Of a stretch of DNA of 55,557 nt, positions 1 through 13,000 are shown in pieces. Under the pieces are notes generated by a model. That model saw only the letters and a list, made by a program, of their open reading frames with translations. It ran no database searches and had not been told where the DNA came from. Positions within the stretch are counted from its first letter, which is position 1, and each line of letters begins with the position of its first letter. Position numbers and translations under genes: made by a program. The stretch covers positions 108,611 through 164,167 of the forward strand of contig NMRA01000628.1 in the NCBI GenBank assembly GCA_002633005.1, given 5' to 3'. The stretch comes from Phoronis australis (Eukaryota > Animalia > Phoronida).

Positions 1-259
1 AAGCGTAAAAAACTAAAATTGCCACTAGGGGGCACACCGGTAGTTGGATCCGTCCGAAAGTTCGCACATGCCGTCCTATTCATGAATGGAACATATGTGC
101 CAAATTTCATGAACGTATGTCAAAGGGTTTTGGAGATAGAGCAGCGGACGCCAGACGCCGGACGCCGGACGGACGCTGCCCGGACGGACGGATGGACGGA
201 CGGACGGACAGAGATGACGGCATAATGCGTCCACATATAAATATGTGGGCGCATAAAAA
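1..259 (-). mobile_element. Non-autonomous Helentron (HINE/DINE-1-like), 5' end, truncated by window
   Basis: Reverse complement starts TTTTTATGCGCCCACATATTTATATGTGG, then a (GTCC)n-type microsatellite (about 145-210); homologous to the copies at 5085 and 8185. Confidence 0.75.
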
Positions 260-694
260 TCATCGTTTCATGCACTGATGTAACTGTCTATTACAGCTAC
301 CGTATTCGCCCTAATAAGTGCCCAGGGGGTTGCTTTTTGTGGCCCACAGCGGTTACAACCCGGTCTCCGAAACCATGAAATCGGAAGCTAGTGACGTATA
401 TGAAACATGACAGACTTTCTACCAAACTGTGACTGAAAGCCTGGGAATATCCCTGACTTCCACACTTTTCCAAACCACGAAGGAATGGCTGAGGAGAGTA
501 AAAGTCTAGTTGCCGTGCGCATTGGTATGTTTTTTGGAGATCGATTCAACATCAGAAAACTCGATTTTTGGTAACGTTGATAAGTCTTGTGACCACACCA
601 CCCTACAGGACAATGCCATGTTTGTCAAGGCGCCTGGTTTTCGATCAACATGACAGCAGCGCCCCGCATTCGTGAAATAAGTGAATACTGTGAA

Positions 695-1177
695 CACAGG
701 TGTCCTCAGCTTCTGATCGTCCCCAATACACCACATACTACAAGGTATGACACTCCCCACTAGAAATTCAATGACGGTACGGAAATTGCCGGTGAGTTAC
801 GGAAGTACTCAATAGTTTTTCTACTGGCGGCCAAGTGTAGAGTTATCGACATCGTGACTTTACGCGACAAACCGGTCCGTACCGTCCTTGACCTCGAGCG
901 GCCCACGATGAAAGTGTGTGGTTTTTTTTGTGAACGTTTTTGTTCTTTGACTACGAATTTCTTACGAAGTCGCCAGAACAGGACACCGTGAATGGTATTG
1001 GGAGAAAGAACAATTCTTTATGGTTTGTTGAACCTCTGTTTTGTGTAAATTTGTGAGTTCTATATTTGCTATGGACGGCTGAAGTGAAGCACCTGTGGAA
1101 TTTCTAGTCGGGAGTGTCATACCTTGTAGTATTATATGTAGTGTATTGGGAACGATCAGAAGCTGAGGACGCCTGTG
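695..1177. mobile_element. MITE with ~80-bp TIRs, CA...TG ends and 8-bp TSD (P-element-like)
   Basis: CACAGGTGTCCTCAGCTTCTGATCG... / ...CGATCAGAAGCTGAGGACGCCTGTG; perfect TSD ACTGTGAA at 687-694 and 1178-1185. One-armed relatives at ~28795..29058 and ~52590..52871. Confidence 0.8.
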
Positions 1178-1501
1178 ACTGTGAATAGCTTTAGTATAGG
1201 AGTTATACCGTCTCTACACTCTACCGAGCCAGCTAGACTGAGATAGTGGCCACTGTCTACCAAGTACGCTTTTAGTTCATATTTTTCTTTATTGAATAGA
1301 TAGATTTTACTAGCTTTTTTTGTATCAGGATTTACTTCGTTTTCTGTATTTGTAAACACAAGAATCGTGGTCAGGGATGACCTGTCCTCGGCTCACTCCT
1401 TATACTCAATTTTAACTATAGTATGCTACCGTCACATTAATTTTAATCACTAAGAACACGCTCGTCCGCCATATTGGATGGCTCTTGTAATACCTTCTGT
1501 A

Positions 1502-3650
1502 TACTATAGGTGGCACTGAATAGTTAGGCTGCGGCCGCGGCCAATTTGCACTCCCAAAATATAGAAATTTTGGGGTAGGCCAAGTTTGGGGGCATTTTGT
1601 AGGTGGGCAATGCACGTAGGCTCAGTGAATGTGGTTTGTTTGTATTTGTGAACATGCTGTGAATAAAAAAGGCCACTTTCTTGGATGTAGCTGCACTCTT
1701 CTTCAAGATGGCGGCCCCCGGAGACAATTGTGCATTGTTGGGTAGCGACCGAGAAATTGGCTGTGATTTTAGGTAGCCCTCAAACAAGCAAGAATTGCCA
1801 AAAAACTAGTTGGTTGACAGTACTTTTGGACCACATTTTCTGAATCGCTAGGAAATTTGCTTTCAGACTCTAATTAGGGAGGACAATCAAAAAGTAGGTC
1901 ACGGTGCTCCATATCTGCCTCCGTGTAAAACCCACGTCGGTAAATTACCCGATTTCAGACTTCAAAGTTAACTATAAGACATTTTTGTGTTATAAATCCT
2001 TACCTTAGTCTTTATTTGTAAGTTTGTAATCTTTTTGTATCAAATTAGCGCTGATAAATCATTTTTTGTAAGCTTTTTTTAGCGCACGATTTTCCGCCAT
2101 GCGATCAACTTTCGAAAAAGTACCTCTTGTTCCTCCTATCCAAAAGAGCACTATATACTCTCAAATACAAACATGAAATTTGACAGGATGTAGTTTAGAT
2201 GCGTGCGCATCTCCTCAAGTTGTTTTCTTGAAGTCAAGGCCATGTTTTCATGGCGAGTTTTTGATCGTCCGGAAGGCCTAATTTTGGTCGGTCGGGAGAT
2301 TGATGTTTTTCCAGTTGCGCAATATGCCCCCCCGATTTTTAGATGAGGAATTTATCACTCTTTTAATTGGTAATTATATAAATTTCAGAAATTCTGTCAA
2401 ACTGATGCGCATTGGCACTTTTCAAACAGCAGTCGTTAGTTCACTAAGTCGCCGCATGTCAGCGCCACCATCGGCTACGTTGAAGTTCAATGGCATCGCA
2501 ACTTCAATGTTCGAAATAAAGTTGTTACAAAGTTTTTGTTGCGTAAATGATGAAATCCTTTATGTTAAGAGTGATTTGTTTTCCCAAATGGTCTTTTGTC
2601 TACTTTCTGATGTTTTTTGCCATGATACGATCTAATAGTATACATGGGTGGCACCCAGCACTGAAAAAAGTGGGGGAGCTAGGCTCCCCCAGCCCACTGT
2701 CAGGCAATGATGTGTTGCCCATGTAGTAGTATTCAGGGGCAGATCTAGGATTTTTAGATAGGAGGGGGGGCAGGGCAGAGTATTACGCAGGATTTTATCC
2801 GTAAGATATTTGCACCCTCAAACTGCCAAATGAGTGAAATATGGGAGTTTTAGGGGGGCCACGGGCCAGGCCCCTTTGCCCCCCCAAATCCACCAATGTG
2901 ATCTTGTGATTTGATGTGATATTTCCTCCTAGCTCAGATGTATTTATTTCTGAGCTGATGTGGTGTCTTTGCTCTTTACCTTTTAAGCTGTGTAATCCAT
3001 TGTTTTCATTTAACATGATGAGCCTGTTCTAACAACACACTTAAACAGCAATATCTCTGTAGAAATCGATCCAAATTTCATATAATACACACCACCATGT
3101 TTGTCTCAATTAGACGAATCTTTTTATATGCAGCATATGTAAATTCTTTTATTTTTTACGAAATTATGTAAAAAGGCAGATATTTTACGCATAATCGTCG
3201 CGTTTCAACAGCCATTTTCTCGTCAACCGCTCATCGAATTTTTCTGATTTTTGCACCATTTCATTTCTCACACCAAGGGCTTTTCAAAAATGTATGACAC
3301 ATGGATATTGTAAAAAAAATTAAAAAAACGTTGTCCTCCCTACTCTAATGTTGGTTTTAGTCGTGCATCGGCAGGGAAGTGGTGTTTTTCAGGTGAAAAG
3401 TGCCGATTTTGCATTTTTTCCCTTATTTTTCTTAGTCTAGCTTGGTTTTCAGTGGGAATGAAATGGTCAAAAATACAAGAAAGAATAAAGTTTCTGTGCT
3501 CATCTGCTGGGCTTTTTATGACGTGAAATAATTGAAAACATGCCATTCTTTGCATCCTGTTTTTGACAGAGTGAAGAAAAGGTTACAAATCAAGTGATGT
3601 GTGTTTTGCTAGGCAAAACCCAGTGAGAACTGTTCTGTGCCTCAATAGTA
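1502..3650. mobile_element. Unclassified ~2.1-kb non-autonomous DNA transposon directly upstream of SUGP1
   Basis: Imperfect TIR TACTATAGGTGGCACTGAATAGTT / AACTGTTCTGTGCCTCAATAGTA; both arms recur, joined, in the copy at ~53209..53852. Confidence 0.65.
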
Positions 3651-3896
3651 CATTACGGCAAATTCAAATAAATTAAAATAATTACCTCTCCTCTCGTGTA
3701 AAGAGGGTCTTTGACGTGTTCGGCCATGTTTTGTATCTGCATTTGTTACGAACCATGCTATTGGAAGTTGAATGTTTGGTACTTGACTAACCAATCAAAA
3801 CCGATTATCCAAGTAACATTGTAATCACGTCGCCACATCAATCTTGAGTATTTTGAGAGCTCTAAGGTTATCCAATTTGTCCTGTTTTTGGCTGAC
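3651..3896 (+). promoter_or_regulatory. Probable compact SUGP1 promoter/5'UTR
   Basis: Unique sequence between a transposon end (~3650) and the ATG; CCAAT box at 3791..3795 (taaCCAATca); no TATA seen. An upstream non-coding exon cannot be excluded. Confidence 0.35.
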
Positions 3897-4004
3897 ATGG
3901 CTTGGAGACAAGCCCGACTCGACCAAGAAAGCATGAATGATCGATTCAAGCAAATGAGCCAACAAGAGATGCTCATTGCTAAGAAAAAAGAAGAAATAGA
4001 AAAG
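3897..4004 (+). CDS. SUGP1: SUGP1 coding exon 1 ([36 protein letters not shown])
   Basis: ATG at 3897; donor AAG|GTTTGT at 4005; resembles the SUGP1 N-terminal QEELIAQKKREIE block. A second in-frame ATG exists downstream. Confidence 0.8.
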
Positions 4005-7000
4005 GTTTGTAATCTGTTATGCTGTCATCTGTGTCCGACTGGACAGTGACCTCAGTCTCTACAGGTACAGTCCAGAGAGACAATTCTCACTGGTTCCCAG
4101 AGTGTAGAGATCACACGCAGGTACCATTCAGTAGTATGCGCTTTATCACTGGTTGATGTAACCTCGGTCGTCATTTGTTAGCTTTACATCAAAGTGAGAA
4201 AATGGCGGACTATGACCGGTTTTTTGCCGTGTCATGCAAGTGGCAATGTTGTTCTTTAAAAAGCTGTGGGAGAAGTGTTTCACATTCTGCATTCAGACAG
4301 TTCATTCTTCAGTGTAATAGTATTCACTTTTACACTAAAACTTTGTGTAACTTTTATATTTCTCAACCAAAGTGAATAAAAGTAACACCGCTGGAAAGCT
4401 CGCGCTCTGCTTTGTGCCTTGTTCACGCAAGAAGAAATGGCACATAGTTTGCACCTGCGGAATAAAAATCGGGATACCTAATTGAAGAACCGACAAGCTG
4501 GACAAACATTCGGTGAGGAACCTGACATTTGTCTTGGGGATGAGTTTAGTTGGAAGTGGGAAATGGTATGTATTGTTAGTTCAATAACTCCCCAATAAGC
4601 CCTATAACACAATAGTCCACGCACAAGCCTCTTGCCTAGTTCTGTAAGATCTTGACATTGAAAGTAAGTGGCAGTATTAACAATTTACAGAAATTGATAA
4701 CCGAGAGACAAAAACAACAGGAGAGCGCTGTGAAGAAATATCAGGCGGGCAATATGCTAGCAGGTTCTGGAGGCAAGCCTGACTTGAAGAGAGGTTTAAT
4801 GTGAGTCATCTTTTTCAACTTCTCTCTGGGAGCAAAGTTCAGCTAATTGTTTATTTGGCTTTGCTTGTAAAGAGGTACATTACTCAAAACTGTTGTGAAA
4901 TTGAATCAGATGTCATTATATCTTAAAAAATAACATGACAAATACCTTCTCTGTGAAATTTCTTTGAATATAAACTATATAGATAATTTTCAAAGCCTTT
5001 GTTGTTTTTCCTTTGGTTTGCTTCCAAGCTTCGCATAGCGAATTTCAATAAAATTCATCAACTCCTACTGCCACAGGTGGCTTATTTTTATGCGCCCACA
5101 TAGTTGTATGTGGACTCATTGTGCTGTTATTCCTGTTTGTTGGTCTGTCCAGCATCATGAAATTTTGCAACTGTTCCTTTCATGAATGGGATGACAGTAG
5201 CGAACGTTCGGACAGATTCTAGTACTAACTGGTGTGCCCCCTAGTGGCAATTTTAGATTTTTTTATGTTTAACTCTATCTTCAAAGGTCCTCAACGGATT
5301 TTCATAAATTAGTGAATTGACGCTACCTTCCCATTTTGGGATGCATCCGAGGTATTTTGCACCACCTAGTGGCACCACCTAGTGGCCTTTTTTACTGTTT
5401 TCAAGTATTTTTTGGCATTCGCATCCGCACCTCTATCAACCAAACCACTCTAAGTATGCTTGTGAAAATTGGCGTTCATCTTCTTGCATTTAAGAGGACG
5501 GCTGACCATGATTTTTCGACGACTCTGACTGCTGTGGCACCTCCTAGTGGTAGTTTTTTTTCCACCTGTGGCTGTATTTCCTAAACACTCTGCAAGATCT
5601 TTACTAAATGTAGCAAGTGTATTGATATGAAGTTGACAATAGACAGCGATGACTTTCACATGGAGCTGACTGCTGATGTGGCAATTTTAGTTTTTAACAT
5701 TTACCGCAATATCTTCAAAGGTTCACAACGGTTTTCATAAAATTTGAAATATAGACACCTATTGGTGAGATGATGCTATCACTCCATTTTAGCAGATGGA
5801 TTCGAGGTATTTTGCATCACCTAGTGGCCATTTTTGCTGTTTCAAACCATTCTATAGATGAGTGAAAATTGGCATATACATGACATTGTATATATTGTTT
5901 GTGTAAACAGGATGGTTGATGATGATTTTTCGACGACTTTGACTGCTGCGACGCCTCTTAGTGACAGTTTTGTTTTTTATTTGTGCCTGTAGCTGTATCA
6001 CCTAAACACACTGCAGGATCTTTATTAAATTTACCAAGTTTATTTATATGAAGTTGACAACGGATGACGAATGCGGTGCCCCGTATTGTCAATTGCATTT
6101 TTTTCGGTTTTCCTTGCTCACATGTTCCTTAACAGAAATTGGTATATTGCTTTCTAGGCATGTCTCCATTTTCGGATGGATTCACCTTCTTTGCGCCATC
6201 TAGTGACCATTTTTATGACACGCCCCTAGAAGAACGCTGTTTGCGGTGAATTCGTGGGCCCATTTCAACGCTGTGCGTTGCTCTTGTTTCAACAGACGAG
6301 TCCAGAAAATAAAAAAACAAACTTGACGCCCAATTCTGGTTTTCAAATATTTTTGTGGAAGTAAATGTGAATTATTATATCAACTAACTGCATTTTTTCA
6401 TTCGCTATAATTTGTCAGGTTCGGAAAACGTCCAGGATTTAAAAAGGATTCATCAGCTCCAGAGGCCAAAAAATCCAAGGAAGACTCACAGGTGAAGAGT
6501 AGTCTTTTTGAAAATGACGGCAGTTTTATGGACAAGTTCAAACAAATGACCAGGATGAAAGGTAATGCTCAAGATTTTCCCTGTATTTCTTGCTGAGTTG
6601 GTGTTATGTTTGGAGAACGGAATGTGTTCCTCTTTGCAGTCAGGTGCCGTGCCAAGCCTGTTTACATTCTTCTTTACATAAACAGATTGGAGACTAAAAG
6701 TAGTGTCAATTGTATGCACGCTTTTAGACTAGTGAGTGAAAATAAAATTGAAAAGAACTTGACAAAACAGCATCAAGTTCTATGGAATGATAGTATCATG
6801 TTTAACAAACAAATAGCAGATTCTAGAACAAGTTCAAGGGTATGTAGGACCTTATTGACAAGCCTACATTCAGCCTCACATCTGGAAAGTAACTCGACGG
6901 AAGTATGTATCTTATCTGAAATTTCTTTAATTAAGGTGTTTGACTTCATACAAATCTGCCACAATTGGGTCGCTTCACCATGTCTTACGTGCCCGCATGT

Positions 7001-10000
7001 ATGTGCGTGCGTACAAGCGCGTTATGCCGTCATTTCCAACCGCCCATCATCCATTGCTGTATTTTCAAAATCCCAGGATGTATGTTATAAATTTTGCAGC
7101 TGCAATATCATGGACCAGGATGGGATCATCATGGTGTAAGCAAATTTTTGGACCGTTGCAATTACCGGTGTGCCTCTAGTGGCAATTTTATTTTTTACCT
7201 TTGCATTATTTTGCATCTTCATAGTTCTTCGACGGATTTTCATGAAATGTGGCAAACAGGTACTAATTATGGGTGTAACGCCATCCTCTTGTTTTTGGAT
7301 AGGTTTGATTCAGTCTGTGCCTAGTAGTGGCCATTTGTACTTAGTTTGAGTTTTGTCAGCCCACCTCTTTTTTGGCCAAATTACTGTGGGGATCAGTATG
7401 AAAATTAACACTTTTTTCCTACAGAGAAGAACAGAGCTGAAGATTATTTTTTGACAGCTGCGACTACTGTGGCTTCCCCTAGTTGTAGTTTTTTTGCATC
7501 TGGAACTAAATCTCTAATTCCTGAGGATTTTAGTTAACTTTGATAAGGGTAATTCTATGGACAGTGCAACCTATAGTGACAACTTTGGGATTGATCTGAC
7601 CACCGCAGTGCCCCCTATTGGCAATGCTATTTGTGCCCCGTTTTCCTTCCTTAATGTATTGTGAAATTGGGCAAAAACGCCTGAATTTTCATGGCATAAT
7701 GTGCGCCACCTACTGAACATTTCAATTTGTTTTTCAAGTCTGTTTTTTGGCATCTGCCAAACATTTCTTAAGGATTGTTATGAAAGTTGACGTAATTATA
7801 TGCTTTTTTCAAGAAATTGCAGAAATTGCATGGCTGATGATGATTTTGGACAGGTTCAACTGCGGCACAGTAGCATCCCCTAGTTTGTGGCAGTTATGTT
7901 TTTATGTGACTAAACATGTATTGTATAGAGTTGTATATCCTGGTCAAATCTTACTACTGCAGGGTGACCCCAGAGGCTATTTTGTCTTTCTTTGCATTTA
8001 TTCGAAGTTCATGGAATTTGGCTAATAAGTGTACAGCAACTTGCACGGCAACCCAAGCCCTGTTTCAGATAGATTTCACCTTTCGTTGCACCCCCAGGTA
8101 CCCTTTGTATTATTTTTTGTGTCTACTCTTCGCTTCCCGCCTCCGTATCCTCATTTAATATTGAACAAGAACCCTCAGAATCCCTTTTTATGAGCCCACA
8201 TATTTATATGTGGTCACATATTGCCGTCATCTCTGTCTGGGCGTCCGACGTCCGATGGCTGTATCTCCTAAACGCCTTGCAGGATCTTATTGAAATTTGG
8301 CAGGTGTTTTCCTATGGAGTTGACGACAGAGGGCGACGAGTTTCGGACCGACCCGACTACCGGTGTGCCCCCTAGTGGCAATTTAAATTTTTTTCGTTTA
8401 CCTCTGTATTTTCCAAGGCCCTTAACCGATTTTCGTGAAATTTGGCACATTGGCTTCTATTAATAATTTGACGCTACCCTCCGGTTTTCGGATGGGTCTG
8501 AGGCATTTTGCGCCATCTAGTGGCCATTTTTACTATTTTCGAGTCATTTTTTTTGGCGTCTGCCCCTCTAACAACCAAACCACTCAAAGGATGATTGTGA
8601 AAATTGGCATTATATATAATTATGTTCTTACTATGAAGAAGACAGTTGACGATGATTTTCTGACGACTTCGACTACTGTGGCACCTCCTAGTGGCAGTTT
8701 TGTTTGTTTTTGCGCCCGTGGCTGTATCTCCTAAATGCTCTACAGAATCTTTATTAAATTTAACAAATGTACTTATATGAAGTTGACAACCGACAACAGC
8801 GACTTTCGGACAGATCGGTCTACCGGTGTGCCTCTTAGTGGCAATTATAGTTTTTTATGTTTACCTCCGTATCTTCAAAGGTCCTCAAGGGATTTCCATA
8901 AAATTTAGCACATAGACATATTAGTGAGATGACGCTAGCCATTCATCTTCGAATTGATTCAAGGTATTTTGCGCCACCTAGTAGCCATTTTTGTTGTTTT
9001 CGAGTCTGTTTTTTGGCGTCCCTCCCTCTGTCAACCAAACCACTCTAAGGACGATTGTGTAAGTTCGCATGTATGTTCTTTCTATGAAGGGGACGGTTGA
9101 CGAGTAATTTGCGACAACTTTGACTACTAGTGGCACCTCCTAGTGGTGGTTTTGTTTTTTTTGCACCCATACTTGTATCTTCTAAGCCCTCTAAAGGATA
9201 TTTATTAAAGTTAGCTCGTGTATTTGTATGAAGTTAAAAAGAGAAGACAATAACTTTTAGACGGATCCCACAAACACTGTGCCCCTAGTGGCAATTTCTT
9301 TTTTTTTTTTCATTTTCCTCTGTTTCTCTGAAGTTCCTTGATGAATTTTAATGAACTTTGGTAAATGGCTTTCTTTTAACGAAACGATGACATTTTTTGG
9401 TTTTCAGACAGATTTGACGGATTTTGCGCCATCTAGTGGCCATTTTGATGATACAAATAAACAACTCTAAAAGCACACTATTTGCGATGCATTCGTGGGC
9501 GCACTTCAACGCTCCGCGTTGGTCTTGTTTAAATTATAATTCCTTGACCTGTTAAGCAACTTTCAAATATTTGTTGATGAATATAAAACATACTGCTTTT
9601 GCTAGCCCCTCTTTCAAAAAATGGGTCATTTTATAAACAATTAATTATTAACCGAATTTTAGAGAACCTTGCATCTAGCACTTTACACCTTCATGCTTCA
9701 TCAATTTTATTCTGATCAGTCATCTCTGAGATATGTTGTGAAGTTGGCCAAATTTGGATATTTGTCTGTGGTCCTACTGGTTATACATTTGACAGGTGAC
9801 TCCAGGTTCATGTTTCACCCACTGCTGCTGCTGGTGGTGTGATGCAGCAAAACTGAACGTGCGTTGATTGATTATGTTGTACAGAGTACGTGATAACTGT
9901 CAATCTCAATTTTAAGCTGTCACCTGTGACATTTCAAGCAAATTTAAAAGAAATGGTCACAGATTATCAACGAAAGTCACAAAATATTCCCATTTGCTGC

Positions 10001-13000
10001 TTCACTTTGCTGTCTTTGAGATGTCAGAAAAGCAAGCTGACTTTAGGTGATGGAATAATATATGCTGTGCTGGTCGCAGGTTAACTGGTATTTTGTTTTA
10101 CAGCTTCTAAGTCGTCCGGCGATGGCAACTCTAGAATATCAGAGTCACAACAGAGGGCGCATTCTAATCAACCATCATACGCAGGAACCTCAGCGCCATC
10201 AGTAAAGCCTGTCAAACTGATTCTTCCTCCTGCACAACAGGAGAAGAAGTTACCTAAAACTCGATTTCACTCTCGCTGGAACGATGATTACAGTGATGAA
10301 GAGGCATCTTCTGTACCAAACGAAGCATCCAGAAGGGAGCCCACTGGGTCCCAGTTATCCCGCACCAATCCTGGCGTGCCACCTCAAGTTACCACGGCCA
10401 ACTACCGGCCTCCCCCTCCAGCAGTTCCTCCAGATTTTGTCTCCAGGCCTCCACCCCCACTTATTCCAATGTCCCAGCCTCCAATGGTTCCGGTGTCGAT
10501 TGCCGCCGTACAACCTCCTGTGGTCTTGACTGGACAGCCGCCGAATGTTTTGCCGCCTAATAATGGCATGCCAAATCCAGGGCGTATTTTATCAAACCCT
10601 GCGCAGTTGGCATTGAATGCGACTCCCCTGACCCAGCCAGGTGCCACTTTACCACCGGGTATGCCATTGGCACACCCCACCGCCCCTCCCCTTCCCTTGT
10701 CTACAATCCCCTCAGTGACCAGTCACCTTGGTAACCTTAATTCCATGGCTTCACTACTACCGGTAGCCAACTCCTCCCTTGGACCAGCACCGTTCAACGT
10801 GCCTCTCCACCAGCCACCTCCACTCACAACAAACCCCCCTCCGTCTATGCTGGTTCCAACACAGGCTGCCTTGATGCCACCCTCCCAGCCAGTTGCATTC
10901 AATGTTCCTCCCCCGTCAGTTCTGCCTAGTGTTCCTGCTCTGCCAACAGTAGCAAGCCAACCACCGTATGGCGGTACTCGCTACCATCCAGTCTTGTTAC
11001 AACAGCCACCAGCACCACGAGCTCCGCTTCAACTAGATGTTACCACTACGGAAAAGAAAGACGTATATGACCCATTCAGTCCAACGACGGATGTACAATC
11101 AAAGTTAGTGTTGTAATTTACATTATTCCAACTTTCTGTAGTGTAATGTTATGTGTATTTTGAATTTCACTGTGATATATATTTATTGAAGGATACACAG
11201 AACATACAAAGAAATAATAACAAACCCAGAAATTTAACATTACACATTTTGTGGTAAACTGTTCTAACTACTAGACAAGAGTAGAGACCTATTTTTGATT
11301 TTCATTGGAGATATTTGTGGACACTGTCTGAGCATACCATCAGTATAACGGAAATATAGTGTGCCAAATTACCAGAGGGTGAAGGCAAGAATTGGACATC
11401 AATGTCATCTTCAGTCCTTGCCTCTTAACTAACATAGGTTCAACTGAAAACTTATAGAAGATTGCTTGAACCACATCTGCAGTATTTTATTATTTTGTTA
11501 TATGCAGTCTTTGTCATTTCTTTCTTAGTTTGCTTTTCTTACTGGTGCTATTACTTTCTTCTGTACTTTTCAGCATCAGTACAACAATAAAATCAAAAAG
11601 CAGGCTTCCTCTTCAGCGAAATGTGTTTGATGAAGCGGAGCTAAAAATAGGTAAGAACAAGTCGTGCTCTTAATAGTGTATTTTGTGTAGTTATTCGTAC
11701 ACTTTGTTTTGAAGTAAAGGGAAGCTGGGCTTATCGTTTTGTCTCTGCGTAACACCTTGTATTTGTCGAGGCATGAATCATAGATTAAATTTATGTAGGA
11801 CCTTAGAAAAACGTCGAAATTTGGATGACTATGGAGCATCAAATCTGTCAAATGGCTGGTGAGGTTCATTATGTATCTTCCGTATACTATGCTCAATGCA
11901 CTGTTCCACAGTGTGAACTGTTTTAAAAATGCTTCACTGTTGCAGGAGTGGCTATCAATAATTGTCTTTGATTATTCGCATGAGAAAAGTCAAAAGTTGC
12001 GTAAAATGATACTTTGCAAAACCGTAACAGCATTTCTTGATTTCATCTTGAACCCTTTTTTTCAAACAAAGTTTGATCACGTTATTGATACTGTTGTGTT
12101 GCTATAAGTGTATCTTTCTTTTTGCTAAATTTTAACATCAGGTTTTCTGCTTTCGGAAAATATATTTTCTCCAAGTTAAAATTCAGTATTTAGTTGTGGA
12201 GGTATGTTGCTAAATACACAGTCAGACGTGTTGATAAGGTCCTACATACGTTTTTAAACGGTAGCAAACTCGGTTTGGCCTATTTACAGGTACTTAAAAT
12301 GACTTTCCCAAAACATTGGTTTGTAACCCAATATAACCCTAAAAGGTTTGGAGCAAAATTTGAAAAGTTCATACAATTTCTGCTAAACGGGCAAGCGTGA
12401 CTTACGCTTTAGGTAGTTTATACGATAACTGAGGGGAGACAACCTATATGTGACACACTGAGCATGAGTTTTTAGTTGAATCCTGCTTTCATCATTCAAG
12501 TGGGATACCCCTGGTGCATTAGGACATGACAGAGTCAGGGAAACAAGATTTAGTACCCTTTTAACTTAATTTAATTAGGAATAACATTTACTGGATTATT
12601 TCCGTACACTTCATTTCTGCTGTTTCATATTAGTAGCTGGTAACTCTGAACTGCAGTTCATCACTTTGGAAAGTCGTGCACACATTCCAAGTCCTGTAGT
12701 TTTTTGTTAGTAAGTACCATTTGTCTCGCCTGTAAATACAACACAACCGTGCTCGAATCTGAATTCTAAAACGCCTGGCTTCCCATCTTATATCCGCGTC
12801 AGAGTACTTTGCTATGATTGGTTGGGACTAGTGTACTGAGAGGCCTGCTTCTAGTCTCTCCCCCAGCGGATGTCCGCATGAGACTCGCCATTGACGCCAT
12901 GGCAAGGAACGTCGTCGACAGAGGGCCGGAGTTTGAGCAGAGCACTATGGAGAAAGTGGGGATGGAGGACCCCAACTACAGGTGAGGAACTCGAGAACTG

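Noticed and set aside
10402-10680. Gly-rich minus-strand ORF
   Set aside because: Antisense shadow of the Pro-rich SUGP1 exon 4.
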